Below are positions 9,532 through 18,590 of a DNA stretch of 64,000 bases, piece after piece. The translations under genes were made by a program, and so were the position numbers. The notes below the pieces were generated by a model. That model saw only the letters and a program-made list of their open reading frames with translations. It had not been told where the DNA came from and ran no database searches. This stretch comes from Candidatus Cloacimonadota bacterium. Lineage in GTDB: Bacteria > Cloacimonadota > Cloacimonadia > Cloacimonadales > GCA-2742885. The stretch's first letter is position 1, and each line of letters opens with the position of its first letter. Location of the stretch: positions 1,211-65,210 of the forward strand of contig PDOO01000035.1 of NCBI GenBank assembly GCA_002742885.1. Reading direction: 5' to 3'.

Positions 9532-10710
9532 TTAAAAAGTTTTACGTTTAAGTTTGGCAAAGCTGAATTTAAGCATTACGGGAGTAAATAATGCGCTTAC
9601 TATAACCGTCAAAATCGTTGCAGAAAGTATTTTGTGTTCTAAAAGTCCTTTGGCAACAGCCATATTGGCAATGATAAGAGCAACTTCTCCTCTCGGAACC
9701 ATGCCGATACCTATTCTCAATGATCTGATTGGATCAAATCCCGATAATTTTGCTCCGATACCGCTGCCGATAATTTTTCCGAAAACAGCAAGAAAAATAA
9801 ATGCAATTAAATAAAAAGGATGAGAATCTATTTCAAATAAATTCATTTCAAGTCCGATATTTACAAAAAATACATGTATAAAAAAGGATTTTCCGACCGT
9901 AGAAACACCTTCGTGAATACTTTGTCTGAAATTAGTTTGTCCCAAGAATAATCCGGCAAAATAAGCTCCGGTAATGGCAGCGATTCCCGCCTGTTCCGCC
10001 ATCCAGGAATAAAGAAAAATAACCGCCATGGTTAATGAAATAAGAGCTGAATCAAGATATATTTTTTTTATGTTTCGGAAGAAAGGTCGGAGTAAAAATT
10101 GTCCGACGAGAAAGGTAACGACAAAGAAGCCGGCAATTTTAATCATGGAAAACATTATTCCGGAATGAGCAGCCTCTTCAACCTCTCCCTCAATGGCAAG
10201 ACCGAACATGATCGTTACCATCAAAATCCCGAGAATATCGTCAATTATAGCGGCATTAATTATGCAACGTCCTTCGATTCCTTTTAATTTTCCCAAATCA
10301 ATCAAGGTCATAACGCTTACACTGACGCTGGTTGCGGTAAAAATAACTCCTGCCAACAGATTTTGCATTAATTCTCCGCCGCTTAAGAAAGAAAAACCCG
10401 CTCCCAGTCCCAAAGGCAATAAAATTCCGCCCAAAGCCGGCAACATCGCCTGTTTTGAATCTTTAACGATTTGAGTTAAATTCGTTTCAAGACCGGCTTC
10501 AAAGAGTAAAAATAATACTCCGAGTTTTGCCAACCATTTTATGATTACATCCGATTCCACAATATCAATAAAACTGGGTCCCAAAACAATTCCGAGAAGC
10601 AACATCCCTATCACGGGCGGTTGTTTAAACTTTTTTGAAAGCGCCGTTAAGATATTGGCAAAAAAGATAATAACAGATAAATGCAATAATATCGGTCCGG
10701 TGTGTTCCAT
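9532..10710 (-). CDS. Cation:proton antiporter (CPA2/Kef-type membrane domain only)
   Basis: 392 aa and polytopic. Na+/H+-exchanger family pattern (IGMLLLGIVLGPS..., LLFEAGLE). There is no C-terminal KTN/RCK domain. Confidence 0.85.
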   Translation of the reverse strand: MEHTGPILLHLSVIIFFANILTALSKKFKQPPVIGMLLLGIVLGPSFIDIVESDVIIKWLAKLGVLFLLFEAGLETNLTQIVKDSKQAMLPALGGILLPLGLGAGFSFLSGGELMQNLLAGVIFTATSVSVSVMTLIDLGKLKGIEGRCIINAAIIDDILGILMVTIMFGLAIEGEVEEAAHSGIMFSMIKIAGFFVVTFLVGQFLLRPFFRNIKKIYLDSALISLTMAVIFLYSWMAEQAGIAAITGAYFAGLFLGQTNFRQSIHEGVSTVGKSFFIHVFFVNIGLEMNLFEIDSHPFYLIAFIFLAVFGKIIGSGIGAKLSGFDPIRSLRIGIGMVPRGEVALIIANMAVAKGLLEHKILSATILTVIVSALFTPVMLKFSFAKLKRKTF

Positions 10711-11714
10711 TATTTCCGCCTTATTTTTTTATTTCTCAGTTTATGTAAAACTTTTAAATGTTCCCGGTAATTGGAAGTAAAAAGATGCGAGCCTCTTCCG
10801 TTTGCGCAGAAAAAAAGATAATCCGTATCTTCAGGATGCAAGACAGCTTCAATTGCCGAAACCGAGGGGCTGCAAATCGGAGTCGGCGGCAAACCTTTAT
10901 TTCGGTAGGTATTGTACGGAGATTTTATTCTCAAGTCTTTCAAATAAATCTTGCGTCTTTTTTTACCTATTTCTTCTAAAGCGTAGGCTACCGTCGGATC
11001 TGCCTGCAACCTCATGCCTATCTCCAAACGGTTAAGATATACGCTGGCAATTGTCGGTTTTTCCGATTGCCGATAAGTTTCTCTTTCCACGATTGAAGCC
11101 AAAATCAATATCTCATAAACCGATAACTCGGTAAATTCATCAAATTCCAATATTGCGGTTTGAGCAAAAAAACTTTTTACCAAATGTTTAAGAATATACT
11201 CTTCATTGACTCCCAAAGGAAGCATATATGTTTCAGGATATAAGAACCCTTCCAAACTTTTTACTTTAAATCCGGTTATTTTTGATGCGAAAACCGAATC
11301 GTTTGCCAAAGCAAGCAATGTATCGTAATCGGCAAAATTATTTTTAGCCAAAATTTTTGCCGTTTTTTTGAGAGTTAAACCTTCGGGAACGGTAACTTTT
11401 TCAAGCTTCACTTTACACTCGGCAAATTTATCTATTATATCCCAAACAGTATATTTCCCTTCAAACAGATAAATCCCCGCTCCCAAATTCTTATCTTTTC
11501 CGGTAAATTTAACAATAAAACGAAAAGCCTGTACCGAATTGATTAAAGCATTGTTATAAAGATGCTCGGCAATATCCTCTGCCGTATCGCCCTGTTTTAT
11601 TTCGAACAAACGATATGATACTTTAACCGGTTTAAGCATGTTATATGCGCCGTATGATAAAAAAAATAAAAAAGTTAAAACTATAAAAAGAACTAAGATG
11701 TTATTATTGCGCAT
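10710..11714 (-). CDS. mltG: Endolytic murein transglycosylase MltG (YceG-like)
   Basis: N-terminal TM segment. Motifs VTVPEGLTL, ILASIVERET and YNTYRNKGLPPTPICSPS. Its stop overlaps the antiporter start by 1 nt. Confidence 0.9.
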   Translation of the reverse strand: MRNNNILVLFIVLTFLFFLSYGAYNMLKPVKVSYRLFEIKQGDTAEDIAEHLYNNALINSVQAFRFIVKFTGKDKNLGAGIYLFEGKYTVWDIIDKFAECKVKLEKVTVPEGLTLKKTAKILAKNNFADYDTLLALANDSVFASKITGFKVKSLEGFLYPETYMLPLGVNEEYILKHLVKSFFAQTAILEFDEFTELSVYEILILASIVERETYRQSEKPTIASVYLNRLEIGMRLQADPTVAYALEEIGKKRRKIYLKDLRIKSPYNTYRNKGLPPTPICSPSVSAIEAVLHPEDTDYLFFCANGRGSHLFTSNYREHLKVLHKLRNKKIRRK

Positions 11715-11715
11715 A

Positions 11716-12129
11716 TTATCGTATTTTTTCCATATAATTGCGCAAGATAAAAGAAGCGGCGATCTGATCGATAATTTTCCGTCCTTCTTGCGGAGTCATT
11801 TTCATTTTTTTTATAACTGTATGAGCATCTGAGGAAGTGTAACGCTCGTCTTGAAAATGAATGGGAATATTGATTTCTTTTTCCAATTGTTCTTTAAATA
11901 TTCTTACTTCTTTGGTTTTTTGCGTATCGTCTCCGTCCAAATTTACCGGTAATCCTAAGATTATTTCGCCCACGGATTCTTCTTTGATGATTTTTTTTAA
12001 AGATGCCGTAACCTGTTCAATATTTTCGTTGGGCAAAGTTTTGAAAGGTTTTGAGATAATTTTCAACGGATCGCTTAAAGCAAGTCCGATGCGTACGGTT
12101 CCGAAATCAATACCTAAAAGTCTGAACAT
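11716..12129 (-). CDS. ruvX: Holliday-junction resolvase-like nuclease RuvX/YqgF
   Basis: LGIDFGTVRIGLALSD N-terminal motif and ...DERYTS. 137 aa. Confidence 0.9.
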   Translation of the reverse strand: MFRLLGIDFGTVRIGLALSDPLKIISKPFKTLPNENIEQVTASLKKIIKEESVGEIILGLPVNLDGDDTQKTKEVRIFKEQLEKEINIPIHFQDERYTSSDAHTVIKKMKMTPQEGRKIIDQIAASFILRNYMEKIR

Positions 12130-12150
12130 TTATTTCCCTCAGAATGTTTT

Positions 12151-12741
12151 TTAAATATTAGATTCATCCTGCCAGCGGTAAATTTTCCACATATCATCTT
12201 CTAAAATCAGCCAAAAACGAGAATATCCGTAAGCATTTATATCTTGAAAATCGGAATAAGTTAAAACAAGATCAAAATTACACGGAATTATATAGACGGG
12301 ATTTTCTCCGGTTTCGTTTTCCTGTTCCCAAAGAGATTTTGGAGGAATCTGCAAATTTAAATTCACGCTGACCGGAGTAGGAATGAGTCCGTCTGAAGAA
12401 CCTGACGTAAAAAGATTTTCGTGGTAATTAACTTCCTGCTCAAATCCCCACCAATTATCTTTTATTCCGTCATTATTCATATCAACGCCTATCTCGGAAT
12501 ATTCGGAATTTATCAAAATAAAATGAAATGAATCGGAAAGACATTCTTTGTAAAGCTCAATATCCTGACGATTGTAAGCATTTTCCAATTGAAGTAAAGT
12601 TGCCTCGGGAGTAGAAACGACGGTTTGCGCAACATCATTCGAAGTCTGAGCTGAATCCGGATTAAAAGGATTAGCGCAACTTGCAAGAAAAAACAAAACA
12701 GCAATAATAAATAATTTGCATTTTCTTATAACTAAACTCAT
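12151..12741 (-). CDS. Hypothetical lipoprotein
   Basis: Signal peptide with lipobox FFLASC. No family recognised. Upstream on the minus strand are TTGACA (12834..12829) and TATTTT (12812..12807), 16 nt apart. Confidence 0.7.
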   Translation of the reverse strand: MSLVIRKCKLFIIAVLFFLASCANPFNPDSAQTSNDVAQTVVSTPEATLLQLENAYNRQDIELYKECLSDSFHFILINSEYSEIGVDMNNDGIKDNWWGFEQEVNYHENLFTSGSSDGLIPTPVSVNLNLQIPPKSLWEQENETGENPVYIIPCNFDLVLTYSDFQDINAYGYSRFWLILEDDMWKIYRWQDESNI

Positions 12742-12906
12742 CCTGCCATCCCCGAGTTAAATTTGACTTCCAAAAGACTTATCATAATTAAAAAATATCG
12801 TTCCCCAAAATAGATAATAATCTTCTGTTGTCAAAACAAATTTTATTTAAAGCAGCAAGAGAAATTTTTGCGAGTAAATATCGTTCCTCAAAAATCACGA
12901 TAAACC

Positions 12907-13869
12907 TTATTCAGACCGAGAATATCGGAGTAATTCTTTATATTTATGTTTATTCAAGATTTCAATTACTTTCTCGTTAAACAGTTTTACTCCCGTTTGA
13001 TTTAAATGATGCGAGTCGTAGAAATGCAGAGAATCGTTTAAATTCATAAGCTGATTAAAATTATAATAATCCCCGTATTGCTCGGTAATTTTCTCTATGC
13101 AAACGGAATTTTCAAAACTGTCGTACCTTACTTTCGTAATCGGAGCGTAAACCAAAATCAATTTTATATTCTTTTTTTTTATTTTTTCGATAATTTTTTC
13201 AAAACTTGCCGCTTGATAAGGAATAATGCCGATTTCTATTTTTGCAAATGATCCCGGCTTGTAAAAAGACATTGACTTTTCCACAAATCCGCCGGAAATG
13301 TAAGTATCTTTTTCTTTTGCTTTTTCTTCGACAAAGTTATCATTCAGTTTAAAAAAATCACAAATAAATCCGTAAATAATAGCATTATAAACTTTTATAT
13401 TATTGATTGTTAAAGCCATTTTTAAAGAATTAAAATCTTTTTTATCGTTGGCAATCAGATCTAAAGCCGCTTCAACCCCGTCCGAATTAAATAAAGAATA
13501 CGGATATACTTCATAAATAATTATTTTAGGATTTAAAATATCCAGGTATTTGTTAAGCAGGATTTCAGCTTGAAGAGGAGTTTGAGAATTTGAACCCAAA
13601 TTAAATGAAGAGTAACCGTTTTCGGCAAAAATTCTCGTATCAAAACCTCTGTAAGCATGAGAAGATCCCAAAAACAAAATATCTGTATTTTTATGTTTTT
13701 TTATATCGGATATTCTTGAATAAAGATGTCCGTATCCTCCGATAGGATAATTGCCGTCAGGCTTTAAAAATTCAGGAGCATAACCCATCCAAAAAAATAA
13801 TAAAATAATGTAAAAAATAACCGTAAAAAATAAAAAGAGACAAGTATTTAAAATAAATTTTTTCATCAT
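12907..13869 (-). CDS. DltD/DUF1574-like accessory protein of the adjacent MBOAT acyltransferase (tentative)
   Basis: N-terminal TM anchor. ILFLGSSHAYRGFD resembles the SGNH/DltD-type nucleophile block. It lies directly downstream of the MBOAT gene with a 5-nt gap. Confidence 0.55.
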   Translation of the reverse strand: MMKKFILNTCLFLFFTVIFYIILLFFWMGYAPEFLKPDGNYPIGGYGHLYSRISDIKKHKNTDILFLGSSHAYRGFDTRIFAENGYSSFNLGSNSQTPLQAEILLNKYLDILNPKIIIYEVYPYSLFNSDGVEAALDLIANDKKDFNSLKMALTINNIKVYNAIIYGFICDFFKLNDNFVEEKAKEKDTYISGGFVEKSMSFYKPGSFAKIEIGIIPYQAASFEKIIEKIKKKNIKLILVYAPITKVRYDSFENSVCIEKITEQYGDYYNFNQLMNLNDSLHFYDSHHLNQTGVKLFNEKVIEILNKHKYKELLRYSRSE

Positions 13870-13874
13870 CTTCT

Positions 13875-15326
13875 CTAAAACTGAAAATAAATAAAAGGAG
13901 ATTCTGCTGTCGGCATAAACATTCCCATGGAAAAAACAATTAAAGCATACACGGTAAATCTTAAGAGCTTATTTCTGATTTTACGGATAAATGCAAGCGC
14001 GTATTTTTCTTCTCTTCCGACCCATTCCGTCAACATAAAGACGGAAATAAGAAGTAAAGTAAAAAAAGCTCCTATTCTCTCGGGAAATTGCGGAACTTGA
14101 AAAAGAGAACTCGAAAAAATCCCGACAATGTAACGAAACGCATGAGTCATATCATTCGACCTGAAAAATATCCAGGCAAATACGGTCATGGAAAAAGTAA
14201 TGATCATTTGCAAAATTTCTTTCGGACAGGGAAAAAACTTTCCGGCAGCGACAATATCCAAATTTCTGCGATTATTTTTCGTCAACAAAAGCGGCAAAAA
14301 ATAAAAAGCGTTCAACGCTCCCCAGAAAATAAATGTCCAATTTGCTCCGTGCCAAAAACCGCTTACCGTAAAGATAATAAACGTATTCCTGATTTGTTTA
14401 CCGACTCCTCCCCGGCTTCCGCCTAACGGAATATACAAATAATCTCTGAACCAAGTCGAAAGAGAGATGTGCCAACGTCGCCAAAATTCGGCAATATCTC
14501 TTGAAAAATAAGGGAAAGCGAAATTTTGCATTAAATCAAATCCGAAAAGCTTTGCCGTTCCCGTGGCAATATCGGAATATCCGGAAAAATCACAGTAAAT
14601 CTGAAACGTGAAAAATATCGCCCCCAAAAGAAGACTGCTTCCGCTCATTTCCGAAGAATTATTGAAAATTTTATCGGCAAAAACGGCGCAATTGTCGGCA
14701 ATAACGACTTTTTTAAATAATCCCCATAAAATTTGTCTCATTCCATCCGAAGCTTTTACGTAATCAAAATGCCGCTTTTTATAAAATTGCGGCAAAAGAT
14801 GAGTTGCTCTTTCTATAGGACCGGCAACAAGTTGAGGGAAAAAACTTACAAAAGCCGAAAAAGCAATAAAATCTTCGGTCGGTTCAAGTTTTCGCTTGTA
14901 AACGTCAATCGTATAACTCAGAGTTTGAAAGGTGTAAAAGCTTATGCCTGCCGGCAAAACAATATTGAGAGTATTCGGTTTTATGCTTGCGCCGAAAAAT
15001 GAGAAAACGGCAACGAAATTATCAATAAAAAAATTATAATATTTAAATACGGCAAGAAATCCCAGGTTTACCGTTAAACTGAATAATAAGAGAATTTTTC
15101 TTTTTTTTTCTTCTTGAGCAAACTTTAGTTTTATTCCGATAAAAAAATCAACAAGAGTACTGAACATAATCAGAGATAAAAAACGCCAATCCCACCAACC
15201 GTAAAAAATATAGCTTGCAACAACGATTAAAAAGTTTTGAAGTTTAAGATTTTTATCCGTTATAAACCAATAAAAAATGAAAAAAACCGGCAAAAAAACA
15301 GCAAAATCAATAGAGTTGAAAAACAC
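13875..15326 (-). CDS. MBOAT family O-acyltransferase (AlgI/DltB-like)
   Basis: Polytopic, 483 aa. Signature RRWHISLSTWFRDYLYIPLGG containing the catalytic His. Confidence 0.9.
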   Translation of the reverse strand: MFFNSIDFAVFLPVFFIFYWFITDKNLKLQNFLIVVASYIFYGWWDWRFLSLIMFSTLVDFFIGIKLKFAQEEKKRKILLLFSLTVNLGFLAVFKYYNFFIDNFVAVFSFFGASIKPNTLNIVLPAGISFYTFQTLSYTIDVYKRKLEPTEDFIAFSAFVSFFPQLVAGPIERATHLLPQFYKKRHFDYVKASDGMRQILWGLFKKVVIADNCAVFADKIFNNSSEMSGSSLLLGAIFFTFQIYCDFSGYSDIATGTAKLFGFDLMQNFAFPYFSRDIAEFWRRWHISLSTWFRDYLYIPLGGSRGGVGKQIRNTFIIFTVSGFWHGANWTFIFWGALNAFYFLPLLLTKNNRRNLDIVAAGKFFPCPKEILQMIITFSMTVFAWIFFRSNDMTHAFRYIVGIFSSSLFQVPQFPERIGAFFTLLLISVFMLTEWVGREEKYALAFIRKIRNKLLRFTVYALIVFSMGMFMPTAESPFIYFQF

Positions 15327-15418
15327 AAAAAAACCTTACTTTTAATTTTTCAGTTGTAAAACGCAGTCTTTTCGTTTAACTTTTTCGTTAAAAAAATATC
15401 GCAATTTATTTATAGTAA

Positions 15419-15949
15419 TCAATTTATGTAGGGACGGCAAAAAGTTCTGAGAACAGAAAAATCGGAGAATAATTTGCATTTGCCGGTTTTTATCTCAAAA
15501 GCAGAATCGATAAAATCTTTTTCGCCGCTTATAACAAGAATCTTTTCTCCGGGATTTAAATTTCCGAACAATACCAGATTAAGCAAAATATTCAAAGTTT
15601 TTTTTAATCCGGGCGAAAGCATATTTCGGGTAATTTTATAAATTTCTATTTTTGATTGTTCTTTCGGTATTTCGGCAGCTCTTTTTCCGGTAACTTTATC
15701 TTTCGGGAAAAAACGGAAATTTGAATTTATTTCAGGTTTTTTATCGGATATTATTATCGGATTGTCGAATTTTCTCAAAAATTCAGCATCACTTTCTTCA
15801 AACTCGGCATTTTGCCAAATTACGGTTTTTGTTTTTTTCAAATCAATTTTTTCTTTATCGATCAAATAATCGATTATTTTTCCGAAATCAGACCGACAGT
15901 TATCAGAAGTTATCAACATTAAAAAATCCTTTTTTCTCAAGCTTAACAT
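15419..15949 (-). CDS. Hypothetical cytoplasmic protein
   Basis: ORF only. No motif recognised. The start is uncertain (M1 or M11). It overlaps the end of the PEGA gene. Confidence 0.5.
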   Translation of the reverse strand: MLSLRKKDFLMLITSDNCRSDFGKIIDYLIDKEKIDLKKTKTVIWQNAEFEESDAEFLRKFDNPIIISDKKPEINSNFRFFPKDKVTGKRAAEIPKEQSKIEIYKITRNMLSPGLKKTLNILLNLVLFGNLNPGEKILVISGEKDFIDSAFEIKTGKCKLFSDFSVLRTFCRPYIN

Positions 15950-16862
15950 GCTTACTTAAGGGGTCTTTTACATCTTCGGTAAATTTGTAATCTTTAAATT
16001 TCGGACAAACCAATTCAAATATATGATTTCCTCTAAAAATTTCGCCGGAATAAGGCGTTTCAGAAACAAAAACACCGTCTATAAAAAGATCGGCTTTTTG
16101 ATCACAGGTTATATTAACCGGCACTTTTTTCGATTCCATTTTAACATTGAGTTTTATATTTTTTGACTCATCGGGATCAACGGCAAAACTATGGTCAGAA
16201 TAATCTTTTTTACGTAAATAAAGGGTTGATTTTCGAGGACTGAGTTTAAGATTTAAAGGAGTTTTTCCCATATGAACATCATCCAGATAAACATCTGCTT
16301 CCGTCGGAGAAGATTTAACGGACAGATGCATAAAGTTTGATTCCAAAGAGAAAAAATATTCCTTTTCGGACTCTATTCTGAGAGAATCCTTAATTTCCTT
16401 ATAATTGTCTTTACGAATCGATAAATTATGCAAAGTTTTGTAAAGTTTTATGTTTAAAGGAGATTTTCCGTAAAAAGCATCATCAATAATTACATCGCAA
16501 CTGTCCGGTTCGGTTTTAATTGTTACATCAAGCATTTCCGGTTCTTTTGCCAAGACTTCAATTCTGTAATATTTCCCGTTTTGCACAAAAAGGCGTTTAT
16601 AAATTCTTTTTTCTCCGGGAACACTGAAAGACAAGCCTACATCTCCGTTAAAGCAATAAATCAAACGGTTATTTTCGCTTATTTTTTTTATTTTTCTGAT
16701 GTTAGATCCGTACACTTTTAAATCCTTAACTGACGAATTTACTTCTATATAAGCAAATCTGTCATCCGGTTCGGTTTTTAAAAGAACGGGATGTGAGACA
16801 AAAACAGCATTTACTTTTGCAATCAAAATATACAAAACAAAACAAATCCAAATCTTTTTCAT
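15903..16862 (-). CDS. PEGA-domain exported protein
   Basis: I prefer the start at 16862 (MKKIWICFVLYILIAKVNA signal peptide) over the track start at 16970. PEGA-like repeats: TEPDSCDVIIDDAFYGKSPL, SSPTEADVYLDDVHMGKTPL, CDQKADLFIDGVFVSETP. Confidence 0.7.
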   Translation of the reverse strand: MKKIWICFVLYILIAKVNAVFVSHPVLLKTEPDDRFAYIEVNSSVKDLKVYGSNIRKIKKISENNRLIYCFNGDVGLSFSVPGEKRIYKRLFVQNGKYYRIEVLAKEPEMLDVTIKTEPDSCDVIIDDAFYGKSPLNIKLYKTLHNLSIRKDNYKEIKDSLRIESEKEYFFSLESNFMHLSVKSSPTEADVYLDDVHMGKTPLNLKLSPRKSTLYLRKKDYSDHSFAVDPDESKNIKLNVKMESKKVPVNITCDQKADLFIDGVFVSETPYSGEIFRGNHIFELVCPKFKDYKFTEDVKDPLSKHVKLEKKGFFNVDNF

Positions 16863-17180
16863 GAATAACCTCATTAAGCATTTTTGCGTGAAATTAAGAA
16901 AACCGTGAAACTTGTCAATTATTGACTTGATATATTTATGAAATAATCGGATAAAATTTTGCGACGTCATAAAATGATCATCATTTTTTTATGCTGTATG
17001 ATAAATTTAATTGCTTTCCGAGTTAAAAATTATCTAAAAAAAATATTTTCTGCCAAAAATAAATTATTATTATGCAAAAATACAAAAATTATTCCCAAAA
17101 CAGTTATTATTGTTTACACTTAAACTTTATATTGACATTCTGAGACATTATTAATTTTATTTTCTCTAAAGGAGTTAATA

Positions 17181-18308
17181 ATGGGAATTAAAGAAATTCT
17201 TAGACAAGTTGAATTTTTCAGTAATCTTAACGATGATCAACTTAACACTGTTATCGACGGATTTAAAGAAGAACGTTTTCGTAAAGGCGATATAATAATT
17301 AAAGAAAAAGAAAAAGGCGATTCTTTCTATATTTTAAAAGAAGGAAAAGTTGAAATTTTGCTGAATATAGATAAAGAAGGCATAGAATGCGCTGATTTAA
17401 GAGTTTTTCAGCCTTATGAATATTTCGGGGAAATGGCTTTGATTGACAACTCGCCTCGTTCCGCAACGGCAGTAGCCGTAACAGATGAAGTAGTCTTGTT
17501 AAAAATGCACAAATGTTTTTTTATGAATATTTGTCTTGTTTATCCCGAAGTAGTCTTTTCTTTAATGCGAACTATGTCGGAGCGTCTTCGCAATACAAAT
17601 TCTCAGTTTGCGGATGTCGTTCGTTCTCTCCTTAAAAAGAACAAAATGGGAGCAATCGGTTCAGCTGCCGGAAAAATAGTTCATGACATAAAAACTCCGC
17701 TTACCATAATAATTTTAACCGCTCAATTGGTGGAAAGATTATTTCCCGAAGCCGAAAGTTACGTAAATAAAATAATCAAGCAAACCAGATTAATGGATGA
17801 TATGATAAAGGAAATTCTCCATTTCGCCAGAGGAGAAAAAATAGAATTGGATTTATCCGTTACTTACATGAAAGATTTTATGAAAGAAATAGAAGAAAAC
17901 ATGGTAACCCTGGCGGAAGACGTAAATGTCGAGCTTTACTTTGAAAATTCATTAACCGATCCCGTTGTTTTTGATATTCAAAAAATAAAAAGAACTGTTA
18001 CCAATATCATAAAAAACGGAATTGAAGCATTGAAAGAAAACGGCAAAATAAAAATTAAAAGTTTTGCGGAAGACAATTTTATCGTTATTCAAATTAAAGA
18101 CAACGGATCGGGTATCCCGGAAAATATTTTACCTGATATTTTTGAGCCTTTTACTACTTTCGGCAAAAAATCAGGAACCGGTTTGGGGCTGGCAATTTGC
18201 AAAAAAGTCATTGATGATCACAAAGGGAAATTAACTGCCCGTAACCTTGAAGAAGGCGGAGCGGAATTTACGATAAGCATTCCCTTGAAACTTGACAGCA
18301 ATAATTAA
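17181..18308 (+). CDS. Cyclic-nucleotide-binding domain-containing sensor histidine kinase
   Basis: cNMP-binding motif FGEMALIDNSPRSATAVA. H-box HDIKTPL, N-box IIKNGIEA, G1 DNGSGI, G2 GTGLGLAICK. AGGAG SD. No TM segments and no adjacent response regulator. Confidence 0.85.
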   Translation: MGIKEILRQVEFFSNLNDDQLNTVIDGFKEERFRKGDIIIKEKEKGDSFYILKEGKVEILLNIDKEGIECADLRVFQPYEYFGEMALIDNSPRSATAVAVTDEVVLLKMHKCFFMNICLVYPEVVFSLMRTMSERLRNTNSQFADVVRSLLKKNKMGAIGSAAGKIVHDIKTPLTIIILTAQLVERLFPEAESYVNKIIKQTRLMDDMIKEILHFARGEKIELDLSVTYMKDFMKEIEENMVTLAEDVNVELYFENSLTDPVVFDIQKIKRTVTNIIKNGIEALKENGKIKIKSFAEDNFIVIQIKDNGSGIPENILPDIFEPFTTFGKKSGTGLGLAICKKVIDDHKGKLTARNLEEGGAEFTISIPLKLDSNN

Positions 18309-18334
18309 GTTAATAAAAAAGTTGCTTTATACAG

Positions 18335-18369
18335 AAAAAGGACGGTTCATAAAGAGCCGTCCTTTTTTA
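18335..18369. terminator. Bidirectional rho-independent terminator
   Basis: AAAAAGGACGG...CCGTCCTTTTTT. The stem is GGACGG (18340..18345) with CCGTCC (18357..18362), flanked by an A-run and a T-run. It lies between the convergent kinase and bTHX genes. Confidence 0.8.
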
Positions 18370-18377
18370 TAAATAAT

Positions 18378-18473
18378 TTATTTTTTGTTTTTATTTTCTT
18401 TACGGGGTCTGGTAATTCCGTAAGATTTACGCCAGATTTTACCCTTTCTCGTTCTTCTGTCGCCTTTTCCCAT
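18378..18473 (-). CDS. 30S ribosomal protein bTHX
   Basis: Too short for the ORF track. Manual translation: [31 protein letters not shown]. This is the MGKGD..T.KGK....S.G..RP pattern typical of THX. GGAG lies 6 nt upstream and the terminator lies downstream. Confidence 0.75.
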   Translation of the reverse strand: MGKGDRRTRKGKIWRKSYGITRPRKENKNKK

Positions 18474-18534
18474 GCGAGACTCCTTTCTTTAATGTTTAAT
18501 TAAGAACAATATTTTAAAATCCTTAATTACGGTC

Positions 18535-18575
18535 AAGCTGCAAAATCGTTCCCCCAAAAAAACGATTCGCAGCTT
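18535..18575 (-). terminator. Long interrupted hairpin downstream of the deiminase gene
   Basis: The outer stem is AAGCTGC with GCAGCTT. The inner stem is AATCGTT with AACGATT. The T-run sits in the loop rather than after the stem, so terminator function is uncertain. Confidence 0.4.
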
Positions 18576-18590
18576 AATCGTAAAAACTGC

